Positions 19,014-27,690 of a stretch of 64,000 nucleotides of DNA are shown in pieces. The notes beneath the pieces were generated by a model that did not search any database, was not told where the DNA came from, and worked only from the letters and a program-made list of their open reading frames with translations. The translations under genes were made by a program, and so were the position numbers. The stretch spans positions 2,016,001 through 2,080,000 of the forward strand of contig OZ242374.1 in the NCBI GenBank assembly GCA_965209055.1, read 5' to 3'. How positions within the stretch are numbered: the first letter of the stretch is position 1; each line of letters starts with the position of its first letter. The stretch comes from Acidobacteriota bacterium. GTDB taxonomy: Bacteria > Acidobacteriota > UBA6911 > RPQK01 > JAJDTT01.

Positions 19014-20002
19014 TCCTTCTTCGCTTTGCCATCGGACTCTGCCTGGCTGTCGCCGTCGCGTTGGTCGCGATCGAGGCGCTCAGCGACGGCCGTGGACGGT
19101 TTCGGCTCAAGCCGCGCTCGGCGGCGACGGCTGAGCGGGATAAGAGTCTGGACGATCCCTTTCCACGGACCGTTGCCGACGATACCGGCCACACGATGAC
19201 GATTCCGAGCCCGCCGCAGCGGATCGTCTCGCATGAGCCGACGATGGACGAGATCCTGTTCGCCATCGTCGAGGAAAGCCGCATCGTCGCCGTCAGCCGC
19301 AGTGCTTTCGATGCGCGCTACAGCAACGTTGCCGCCAAGGTCGAGCGGCTCGGTTTGCCGACCAGCGAGGATCCCGAAGCCGTACTGCGCCTCCGGCCCG
19401 AGCTGATCCTCGCCGGCGCCCACGCTCGTGCGGAATGGGTCGACCTGTTGCGCTACAGCCGGGCACCGATCTACCGCGTCGACAACAGCACGGTAAGGCT
19501 CGCGGATCTGGAACGTCTCGTCCTTCGCATCGGCTACCTCGCCGGGACCGACGACCGCGCGGCGGAGGTGGCGGCGGCCTTTCGAGACCGGCTCGAGCGG
19601 GTGCGCGCGCGACGGACTGCCGGCTCGGCAGACCGGCCTCGGATTCTCGGCTACAACCGCTCGATGTCGTACGGCTACGGGGGGGAGACGCTGTTCCACG
19701 ATATCGTCACGCTGCTCGGGGGCGTGAACGTCGGCGCCGAGCAGGGCCTCAAGGGCTACGACGGCATCTCGAGCGAGCAGATCGCCGCCTGGGACCCGGA
19801 GTGGATCGTCACCGGGGCCGATCCCGGGCAGAGCGTGCCGCTGCGACAAGCACTGCTGAGCGATCCCGGTGTGGCGATGACCACCGCAGCCCGCACGGGT
19901 CGGATCCTGATTCTGCCGAACAACGTGTTTCTGGCCATGTCGCACCACGTGATCGCCCTCGTCGAAAGCATGGCCGCGGCGCTCTACCCGGAGGCGCCAT
20001 GA
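19010..20002 (+). CDS. BtuF-like ABC substrate-binding protein 2
   Basis: N-terminal hydrophobic anchor; FPRTV.DD.G...I..PPQRIVS and E.VL.LRPELI motifs. Confidence 0.85.
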   Translation: MILLRFAIGLCLAVAVALVAIEALSDGRGRFRLKPRSAATAERDKSLDDPFPRTVADDTGHTMTIPSPPQRIVSHEPTMDEILFAIVEESRIVAVSRSAFDARYSNVAAKVERLGLPTSEDPEAVLRLRPELILAGAHARAEWVDLLRYSRAPIYRVDNSTVRLADLERLVLRIGYLAGTDDRAAEVAAAFRDRLERVRARRTAGSADRPRILGYNRSMSYGYGGETLFHDIVTLLGGVNVGAEQGLKGYDGISSEQIAAWDPEWIVTGADPGQSVPLRQALLSDPGVAMTTAARTGRILILPNNVFLAMSHHVIALVESMAAALYPEAP

Positions 20003-20979
20003 CGCGGTCGACCCAGGCGGCGCTGATTGCGGGCGGGCTGCTTTGCGCAGCTCTCTTCGTCGCAGCATGGCGTTTCGGCGGCGATTTGGCGCCGTTGTCG
20101 GGAACGCGGAAGACCTGGGAAGGCGCGTCGGCAAGCGAGCCGTTCCCGAGGACCGCCCGCGACATCCACGGCGTCGAGTTGACGCTCGACGGCCCCCCTC
20201 AATCGCTGGTTTCGCAAGCACTCGTGACCGACCACTTTCTGTTTGCAGTTGTGCCGCACGAGCGCATCGTTGGGGTCAGCGCCGCGGCCCACGACCCGCG
20301 CTACAGTTTTGTGGCGGACATCGTGAGCCGGATGGACGTCGTCGTCACGTCCGAGCCCGAAGCGGTTCTGCGCCGGAAGCCGGAGCTGATGCTGGTGGCC
20401 GAGTCCGCCCGGGCCGACTATGTGGAGATGACCCGCGCGTCCGGCGTACCGGTTTTCCGCATGCGCACGGTTTCGGAAACCTTCGACCAGATCGCCGAGG
20501 GTCTGGAAACGACAGGCTATTTGACGGGCGAGGACGCCGCCGCCGACCGCGAGATCGGCCGGTTGCGGGAGCGAATTCGCGCCGCCCGTGCGCGCCGCCC
20601 GGCGGACGCCCCGGCGCGCCGCGTACTCGCCTTCTCGAGCTTCTCCTACACCTACGGCGAGGGATCGTTGTTCGACCACATCGTCACCGCTCTCGGCGCC
20701 GTCAACGTGGGCGCGGAGCAGGGGATCGGCCCCTACGGATCCATCAGCAGCGAACACGTCGCCTCCTGGAATCCGGACTGGATCGTTTGCGCCGGGGAGC
20801 CGGATTCGATCGAAAGCGTCCGCGAACGCCTGCTGGCGGATCCCGGCGTCACCGTGACCGCGGCCGGCCGGGAGCGGCAAATCCTGGTGGTCGAGAACCG
20901 CCGCTACTTGTCCATGTCCCAGCACGCCGTGGGGCTGATGGAAGCCCTCGCCGCCGTGCTCTACCCGGAGGCGAAGTGA
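19999..20979 (+). CDS. BtuF-like ABC substrate-binding protein 3 (paralogue of 2)
   Basis: FPRT..D..G..L...PP, ISSE..A.W.P.WIV and AA.LYPEA ends shared with protein 2. Confidence 0.85.
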   Translation: MTRSTQAALIAGGLLCAALFVAAWRFGGDLAPLSGTRKTWEGASASEPFPRTARDIHGVELTLDGPPQSLVSQALVTDHFLFAVVPHERIVGVSAAAHDPRYSFVADIVSRMDVVVTSEPEAVLRRKPELMLVAESARADYVEMTRASGVPVFRMRTVSETFDQIAEGLETTGYLTGEDAAADREIGRLRERIRAARARRPADAPARRVLAFSSFSYTYGEGSLFDHIVTALGAVNVGAEQGIGPYGSISSEHVASWNPDWIVCAGEPDSIESVRERLLADPGVTVTAAGRERQILVVENRRYLSMSQHAVGLMEALAAVLYPEAK

Positions 20980-22091
20980 GGAGCGAAGCCCTGACGAAGC
21001 AACGCCCCGCCGCGGCGGCTTCCGAGCCGGAGCAGCCCGTCCACGTGCGGATCGGACCGGCGCTGGTCTACTTTCCCGTCGTCTCCACGTTGCTGGCTGT
21101 GGTGGCGGTGGCGGCGGTTTCGATCGGCAGCACGGACATCGCCTGGAGTACGGTTGTGCGGGTGATCGCCGCGTCGATCCTGCCGGAGGGCTGGGTCGAC
21201 GTGACCGGTGTCTCTGAAACGGAACGGGTCATCGTTTGGCTGATTCGCATGCCGCGCGTCATCGTCGCCGCACTGGCCGGCGGCGCGCTGGCTGTGGCCG
21301 GGACGCAGCTCCAGGGCATCTTCCGCAACCCGCTGGCCGAACCGAGCGTGATCGGCGTCAGCCAGGGCGCGGCGTTGGGCGCGGTCATCTCTTTCGTCAC
21401 CGACTTGGCGATGCGGTCGGCCTTGTGGCTGCCGCTTTGCGCCTTTGTCGGGGCCTTCGTGGCGCTGTTCACCGTCTACTTGATCGCCAGCCGGGGCGGG
21501 CGCACGCCCATCGCGACGCTGCTGCTCGCCGGAATCGCTCTCGGCGCTTTGATCAGCGCCGTTTCGTCCCTGCTGATCTCCCTCAGTTTTGTCAACTGGC
21601 AGGTGGCGGCTGAGATTGTCTTCTGGATGATGGGCGGGCTCGACAGCCGCACCTGGACACACGTCTGGATCAGCCTGCCGTTTCTCACGCTGGGGCTGCT
21701 CATCTCGTTGTCGCATACCCGCGACCTCGACCTGCTGCTGCTGGGAGAGGAAACCTCGGCGTCGCTCGGCGTCGAGGTCGAGACCGTGAAACGGACGTTG
21801 CTGACGACGGCGGCGCTGTTGACCGGAGCCGCGGTGGCCGTGAGCGGGGTGATCGGGTTCGTCGGCTTAGTGGTGCCGCACATGATTCGGCTGTTGCTGG
21901 GCCCGTCACATCGGACCTTGCTCCCGGCCAGCGTGCTCACCGGCGCGTTGTTCCTGATCGTGTGCGACCTGCTTGCCCGCACCGTCCATCCGCCTACCGA
22001 GATCCGGCTGGGTATCGTCACCGCGGCGTTCGGAGCACCATTCTTCCTCTACCTGCTCCGTCGGCGACGGAAGGAGATCGGCTACCTGTGA
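20976..22091 (+). CDS. btuC: FecCD/BtuC-family ABC permease
   Basis: IRMPRV, Q..FRNPLAEP..IG.S.GA, LG.E....LGV, G.IGFVGL.VPH and G.PFFL motifs. Confidence 0.9.
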   Translation: MRSEALTKQRPAAAASEPEQPVHVRIGPALVYFPVVSTLLAVVAVAAVSIGSTDIAWSTVVRVIAASILPEGWVDVTGVSETERVIVWLIRMPRVIVAALAGGALAVAGTQLQGIFRNPLAEPSVIGVSQGAALGAVISFVTDLAMRSALWLPLCAFVGAFVALFTVYLIASRGGRTPIATLLLAGIALGALISAVSSLLISLSFVNWQVAAEIVFWMMGGLDSRTWTHVWISLPFLTLGLLISLSHTRDLDLLLLGEETSASLGVEVETVKRTLLTTAALLTGAAVAVSGVIGFVGLVVPHMIRLLLGPSHRTLLPASVLTGALFLIVCDLLARTVHPPTEIRLGIVTAAFGAPFFLYLLRRRRKEIGYL

Positions 22092-23332
22092 GTTTGCGAT
22101 TGGAAGGCGCCGGAATCCGGATCGACGGCCGTTGGCTCGTCCGCGGCGTGTCTCTCGAAATCCTGCCTGGGCGCGTCACCGCATTGGTCGGCCCGAATGG
22201 CTCGGGCAAGTCGACCGTCTTGCGGCTCCTTGCCGGTCTGTGGCGTCCGACCGAAGGCCGTGCCACGATCGGCGGTCAGGGGTTCGACGGGCTGACCCGC
22301 CGGGAACTGGCGCGCCGCATCACCTTTGTGCCGCAGGACACCCGTGTCGACTTCGCTTTCACAGTGCGCGATATCGTCGCGATGGGGCGTCATCCGCACC
22401 TCGGCCGTTTCGAATCCCCGACGCGCGTGGACGCGGCGGCGATCGAGGCGGCAATCGAGCGAGCCGACGTCGGCCATCTGGCTGATCGCCTGGTCAACGA
22501 GCTGTCCGGCGGCGAGCAGCAGCGCGTGCTGATCGCCCGCAGCCTGGCAACGCAAGCCGACGTGATCCTGCTCGACGAGCCAACCTCGAGCCTGGACGTG
22601 GATCACACGCTCGATACCCTTGCGCTGCTCCGGGAGTTGACCGGCGAAGGCAAAGCGGTCGCCCTGGCGCTGCACGATCTCAATGCTGTCGTCCGCTGGG
22701 CCGACCACGCGGGCCTGCTGAACGAGGGCGGCCTGCAGGCCTTCGGTCCCGTGCATGAGGTCCTGCGGGAAGAGTTGGTTGAACCCGTGTTCTCCGTCCA
22801 GGTCGAGCGCCTGCACTCGGCCCGGGGGGCCAAGACTCTGGTCTTTCATCGTCGCAATGGGGACCGGACCGGATCCGAGTCGAGGGACCGCTCGCATCTG
22901 GAGCAGTCGCCCATCCACGAAATCCCTCGCCAGGAAGGCGAACGCAAGACAATCCGCGTCCAGGACGGACACCTTTTCGTCTGTCAGGGCTGTTGCTGCG
23001 GTCGAACGGACCGCGGCTTCGCTGCTATTCCGCTCGACGAGTTCAAGCAGCAGTGGAAGGACCGCGGCATTCGGCCGCGGTTTCATCTGACCATCGGCGG
23101 TTGCTTGGGACCTTGCGCCATGGCGAACGTCGTGCTGGTCAGTTTCCGCGGACAGTCCACCTGGCTGCATTCGATCAACGACCCCGGGGACGTGACCCGC
23201 ATTTACGACTACGTGGAGGAAATGCTGTTCGCCGACCGCTGGCTGCCTCCGCCCGACGGCCTGCGCCGGCGGCACTTCCAACGCTACCTGGCCGACAGCA
23301 TCGACCAAACGCAATGCGCGCTCGAACATTGA
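22088..23332 (+). CDS. btuD: BtuD-like ABC ATPase fused to a C-terminal thioredoxin-like [2Fe-2S]-ferredoxin-type Cys-rich domain
   Basis: GPNGSGKST, LSGGEQQR, LLDEPT and HDL motifs; after a ~40-aa linker, CQGCCCG...GCLGPC..ANV in the same frame. Confidence 0.85.
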   Translation: MSLRLEGAGIRIDGRWLVRGVSLEILPGRVTALVGPNGSGKSTVLRLLAGLWRPTEGRATIGGQGFDGLTRRELARRITFVPQDTRVDFAFTVRDIVAMGRHPHLGRFESPTRVDAAAIEAAIERADVGHLADRLVNELSGGEQQRVLIARSLATQADVILLDEPTSSLDVDHTLDTLALLRELTGEGKAVALALHDLNAVVRWADHAGLLNEGGLQAFGPVHEVLREELVEPVFSVQVERLHSARGAKTLVFHRRNGDRTGSESRDRSHLEQSPIHEIPRQEGERKTIRVQDGHLFVCQGCCCGRTDRGFAAIPLDEFKQQWKDRGIRPRFHLTIGGCLGPCAMANVVLVSFRGQSTWLHSINDPGDVTRIYDYVEEMLFADRWLPPPDGLRRRHFQRYLADSIDQTQCALEH

Positions 23333-24744
23333 TGGTCGGGGGGACCGCCTCCCACGTCGGCAAGAGCTGGATGGCGACCGCGATCTGCCGTTATCTCTAT
23401 CGCCGCGGCGTCTTGGTCGCGCCTTTCAAAGCGCAGAACATGTCCAACAACTCCTACCCCTGCGTAGGAGGCGGTGAGATCGGCCGCGCTCAGGTGGCGC
23501 AGGCCGAGGCTTGCGGTCTCGAACCTTCCCCCGACATGAATCCGATTCTGCTCAAGCCCACCGGCGACCGTGGAAGCCAGGTCGTCGTCCAGGGTAAGGT
23601 GTGGCGGGATCTGTCGGCGCGCGAATACTACCAGCATCATGACTTCCTCATGGGCAAGGTTGCGGAGTCATACGAACGGATGGCCTCCCGGTTCGAGTTT
23701 CTGGTGGTCGAAGGCGCCGGCAGCATCGCCGAGCTCAACCTGAGGAAGACCGATCTCGTCAACCTTGGTCTCGCCGCGTCCTTGGACATCCCTGTGCTGC
23801 TCGTCGCCGACATCGATCGGGGCGGCGTTTTCGCGGCTGTACACGGGACCATCGACTTGCTGAGCCCACGGCAGCGCCGGCTCGTGCAAGCCTTCGCCAT
23901 CAACCGCTTTCGTGGCGACCCGTCGCTATTCGACGAAGGTGTTGAGATCCTCGAGAGCAAGACCGGAAAACCGTGCCTGGGCGTCTTTCCCTTTGCGGCT
24001 GACATCGAACTCGACGCCGAGGACAGCGTCTCGCTTGACACGCAGCCCGTCCGGCGGAACGACAGCGAGCCGGCAATCGCAATCCTGCGCTTCCCTCGCA
24101 TCTCCAACCTGACCGACTTTCGCCTGCTCGGAAACGTGCGCTGGGTCGACCGGCCGACGGACGAGACGTTCCACGCAGTCATCCTGCCAGGAAGCAAGGC
24201 TCCGGCCAGCGACCTCGCCTGGATGCGCGCCCGAGGCCTCGACCGCTGGGTCGTCGACCAGCACGCCGCCGCCGTCCGAATCCTCGGGATCTGCGGCGGC
24301 TACCAGATCCTCGGGCAGGCGATCGAAGATCCGCACGGCGTCGAGTCGGACGAGCCCGTCAGCCGGGGCCTGGGTTTGCTCGCTGTCCACACCGTCCTCG
24401 AAAGAGAAAAAGTCACCGAGCGCGTTCGTGCTCAGACCCTCGGCGGGCATCATTTCGACGCCTACGAAATCCATGTCGGCCGGACCGAGGAACCGCAATA
24501 CGCTTCTCCGCTCGCCTGGATCGGCGCTCGGCCCGTGGGCATTCGCGCCGGCGAGTGCGCCGGCTGCTATCTCCACGGGGCCCTGGAGGACCCGGCAGTC
24601 GTCGAGGAGTGGCTGGGCTTCGCGCCTCGATCCGGGCAACCCAAGCAGGACGCGTATGACGCCATGGCTTCCTGGTTCGAACAACACGCACGGTCTGACG
24701 TTGTGAAACGCCTGCTCCCTGCGCACGGCAGCGATCTGCCATGA
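23314..24744 (+). CDS. cobQ: Cobyric acid synthase CobQ/CbiP
   Basis: GT.S.VGKS, PFKAQNMSNN, EIGRAQ..QAEA, MNPILLKP, EGAGS, DIDRGG, GICGGYQ and Y.HG motifs. Confidence 0.95.
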   Translation: MRARTLMVGGTASHVGKSWMATAICRYLYRRGVLVAPFKAQNMSNNSYPCVGGGEIGRAQVAQAEACGLEPSPDMNPILLKPTGDRGSQVVVQGKVWRDLSAREYYQHHDFLMGKVAESYERMASRFEFLVVEGAGSIAELNLRKTDLVNLGLAASLDIPVLLVADIDRGGVFAAVHGTIDLLSPRQRRLVQAFAINRFRGDPSLFDEGVEILESKTGKPCLGVFPFAADIELDAEDSVSLDTQPVRRNDSEPAIAILRFPRISNLTDFRLLGNVRWVDRPTDETFHAVILPGSKAPASDLAWMRARGLDRWVVDQHAAAVRILGICGGYQILGQAIEDPHGVESDEPVSRGLGLLAVHTVLEREKVTERVRAQTLGGHHFDAYEIHVGRTEEPQYASPLAWIGARPVGIRAGECAGCYLHGALEDPAVVEEWLGFAPRSGQPKQDAYDAMASWFEQHARSDVVKRLLPAHGSDLP

Positions 24745-24856
24745 AATCCGGAGCGCTACTGGTGACATCGGGAGCGGAATCTCCTGCCCTCATCCCACCG
24801 GACCTCAATAGGTCAGTCAATCACTTTCAACCGTCCACCAAAACGGGATAGCCTCA
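24514..24856 (+). repeat. Direct repeat A (cobQ 3' end, spacer and IS3-like terminal IR)
   Basis: Near-identical to 35232-35497. Confidence 0.9.
24829..24856. mobile_element. Isolated IS3-family-like terminal inverted repeat
   Basis: The reverse complement TGAGGCTATCCCGTTTTGGTGGACGGTT has the TG start and TGGAC core of IS3-family ends. No IS3 transposase is in the window. Confidence 0.5.
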
Positions 24857-24985
24857 ATCACTTTCCCAATACGTCGACCGGAAATCAGCGACGGACGGCA
24901 CCGGAACTCTCGAGATGGCCTGGGTAATGGGCCAGTCGTCCGTCGCGGGAGATCTCTCGGAGACGGGAACCACGCTTTTCAACTG

Positions 24986-27027
24986 CTAAACGGAACTTCA
25001 CTTCGGGTAGTCGGTCTAACTGTTTCTCTATCAGGAAGATAGAAGAAATCAACCTGGCCATTTACTGGCAACAAATCGGGTCGGATCCACGCCGAGCAAA
25101 TCGAAAGCCTTCGCCTGCACCGGCGTCGGCTTGGCGAACATCGCAAACGGATGCTGCGGGGCGTTCGGCAGAGCCACCTGGTTCAGGGTGAGCGTTCCGA
25201 GATTCGCCAGCAGCGTCCGGAGGCTCTGCACCGGGAGCCTGTCAGCCGTCCGCTTGCGCGCGGCCTTGGACTTCGTGCGCTCGGACACCTGCGCTTTTTC
25301 CACCGGGGATTTCCGCAGCGCTCGCGCCCCGACCCGATCCTCCTCCTCGAACAGCAGCGGCGCCAGGGCTCGTCGCAGGTGCCACTCCAGGTAATACGCC
25401 AGCAGACACAGAAAGACATGCCCGCGCACATGGGCCTCGCTGTAGACGTACACCGGGCGCAGGGCCAGCTGCGCCGTCTTGAGCGAGCGAAACGCCCGTT
25501 CCACCCGGGAGAGACTCTTGTACGCCTCCACCGCCTCCGAGGCCCCGATCTCGGAGGCCGCCAGGCTGGTGCGCACGATGTAGATGCCATCCAGTTGGGC
25601 CTCCGCGTCGATCTTCTCCTGGTTCCTGGACCAGCGGATGTCGTCGTCTCTCACCTCGATCCGGAAGTGCTTGGCGACCTTCTTGCGGTTCACGTCCCGG
25701 CCCACCCGGCGGTTGATCGCCTGTTGGCCGCGCAGCCGCGATCTCGGGGAGCGCACAGCCTTGGCGATTGTCTCCAGGATCTTTTCGGTCGCGCGGAGCA
25801 GTTCCTCCCGCTTGCGGGCGCGGTCCTGGCGCAAGCGGGGATTGAGGCAGACCAGCAAGCGTTCTCCGGGAAATTCCGGGCTGAGGATCTCCGCGACCCG
25901 GTCCGGAACCAACTCGCCCGGCCGCAACGGAGCCGGTTGATCCCCTTCAGTGCCCGATTTGGACGGCCGCATCAGCTTGCGGATGGCGTCCGTTCTCAAG
26001 GCCGAGATCCAGGCCAGTCCGGCCGGTGAGAGATCCTCGCGCAGCCGCGCCGTGGTGAGCATGCCCCGATCCCCGACCAAGGCGATGGACTCGATGCCGA
26101 AACGCCCCTGGATCTTCTCGACCTGCGACGCCACCGTCTTCGGATCCCCCGTGTTGCCGGAGAAGACCTCCACGGCCAGCGGGCAGCCGTCCTCGGCGCA
26201 CAGCAGACCGAAGACGATCTGGGGCTTGCCTTTCTTGCCGTCCCGGTTATGGCCGAACGCGGCCAGAGGACAGGAGCGTCCCTCCAGATAGCTGGAGGAG
26301 ACGTCGTAAAGCAGCAGGGTCCGGCCCTCCAGATGCCGTCGCGCCAAGCTCTTCTCGATCCAGACCTGGCGGCGAACCAACCAGTCGAGCATCGCGAGCA
26401 TCTCGTTGCCGTGGACCGGACCGAGGCCGAGGAGCGGGCCGAGGCTGGTGGTGGCGGTCTGGGGAGACAGGTTCCGGGCGGTGGCGAGCTTGGAAGCGGG
26501 ATCCAGCACGCGGGCGACGATGGCGGCGAGGGCGAGGTCGCGGTTGCGGCTGCGGTTGCGGTGCAGGAGGCGTGTCAGACCGAGTTGGCGGGCGAGGCCG
26601 AGGAGAGCGGCGACATGGCCGTGGGGCAGGGCGCGGCGAATGGAGAGGGTGTCGTCCAGGGGGTGGAAGACTTGACCACCCTTGAGCAGGGCGCGGATGC
26701 CGTCGACGATCTCCGGGGGGAGCTTGGAGAGGTTGGCGAGGGTGGTGCGGCGGATGCGTTTGCCCTCGCGTTTGGCGTGGCGGAAGAGGATGGCAGGGGG
26801 GCTGTTGCGGTTGGGGATGACATCGACGTGGTAGGACATGGGGAGGCGACCTCTTACATGGAAACAGTAATGAGCACTGATATACAAATGATACAGGATA
26901 ATACTGACAAACACACCGATCCCATACATGGAAACAAATATCCAGTTAGAGAGTGAGTCTAGCAAACCGTAACCGGCGCTATTTCAATGATTTGCTAGGG
27001 CTTGGGGGGCAGTGAAGTTCCGGCTAA
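24986..27027 (-). mobile_element. Complete IS1634-family insertion sequence
   Basis: Imperfect 17-bp IRs CTAAACGGAACTTCACT (24986-25002) and AGTGAAGTTCCGGCTAA (27011-27027); internal TACATGGAAACA repeated at 26855 and 26925. Confidence 0.85.
25049..26839 (-). CDS. IS1634-family transposase
   Basis: LYDVSSSYLEG, FGHNRDGK, VGDRGM and YKSLSRVERAFRSLK...RPVY...HVRGHVFLC motifs. Confidence 0.93.
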   Translation of the reverse strand: MSYHVDVIPNRNSPPAILFRHAKREGKRIRRTTLANLSKLPPEIVDGIRALLKGGQVFHPLDDTLSIRRALPHGHVAALLGLARQLGLTRLLHRNRSRNRDLALAAIVARVLDPASKLATARNLSPQTATTSLGPLLGLGPVHGNEMLAMLDWLVRRQVWIEKSLARRHLEGRTLLLYDVSSSYLEGRSCPLAAFGHNRDGKKGKPQIVFGLLCAEDGCPLAVEVFSGNTGDPKTVASQVEKIQGRFGIESIALVGDRGMLTTARLREDLSPAGLAWISALRTDAIRKLMRPSKSGTEGDQPAPLRPGELVPDRVAEILSPEFPGERLLVCLNPRLRQDRARKREELLRATEKILETIAKAVRSPRSRLRGQQAINRRVGRDVNRKKVAKHFRIEVRDDDIRWSRNQEKIDAEAQLDGIYIVRTSLAASEIGASEAVEAYKSLSRVERAFRSLKTAQLALRPVYVYSEAHVRGHVFLCLLAYYLEWHLRRALAPLLFEEEDRVGARALRKSPVEKAQVSERTKSKAARKRTADRLPVQSLRTLLANLGTLTLNQVALPNAPQHPFAMFAKPTPVQAKAFDLLGVDPTRFVASKWPG

Positions 27028-27207
27028 AGCCGGGTCGTTGCTGCTCTCCGTTCTCGTCGCTCAGGTGAGGCACTGCAAGCGCGAACACGCGAGCGTGAGG
27101 ATGACACTCCACTTCACGAATACCGATCGTTGATGCAAGGAATTCTTGTAGCGCGATGCCGTGAGACTAATTTGACTTACCAATCTCTCGATGCTACCAA
27201 TAGCGCC

Positions 27208-27486
27208 ATGCGACGGGTCACCTGGCTCAAACTGGCGGCAGTGCTGATGCTGCTTTCGTTCGCAGTCGTGACGGTGGGTTCGTTTCTGCACGAACACCAT
27301 GACAACGCGGTCGGCGACGATCACTGCGTTGATTGCCACGTCCAGCACCTCTCCTACGTCGAGACGCCGGCGCCACCGTCCGTTCTGATGCCCAGGCTTC
27401 TGCAGCAAGCCGTCGTTTCGGAGGCATGCTCCTTGGAGCTCAACGCCTCCCGTTCGCCCTATCCCTCCCGCGGGCCTCCGGCCTAG
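27208..27486 (+). CDS. DUF2946-like (CruR/CutF-type) leader protein with signal peptide, His/CxxC and C-terminal RGPP
   Basis: MRRVTWLKLAAVLMLLSF..., HEHHD, HCVDCH, ending SRGPPA; directly upstream of a TonB receptor. Confidence 0.75.
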   Translation: MRRVTWLKLAAVLMLLSFAVVTVGSFLHEHHDNAVGDDHCVDCHVQHLSYVETPAPPSVLMPRLLQQAVVSEACSLELNASRSPYPSRGPPA

Positions 27487-27690
27487 ACGACTCCTAGCTT
27501 TCGTCGTTCCCCCAATCGCGGTCTATCGATCGCGGACTCAAAGGTTTCAACTATTTAGGAGTGTTTCATACTCCTGCAATGGGAGTGTTGTCGCCCTCGA
27601 TCATCTCAATCTCAGCGTCCCGCCGTGGCGGGCTGCTGGTTCGGTCGACGCCGTTCCCGCATACCACATTCATCCAGGAGACTGCCGCCA

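Noticed and set aside
14362-22087. Long N-terminal extensions on ORF-track calls (14362, 19435, 20043, 21962; also 22993, 39535, 49570, 52148)
   Set aside because: They overlap upstream genes or repeats. Starts were moved to ATG/GTG codons that overlap the previous stop or follow an RBS.
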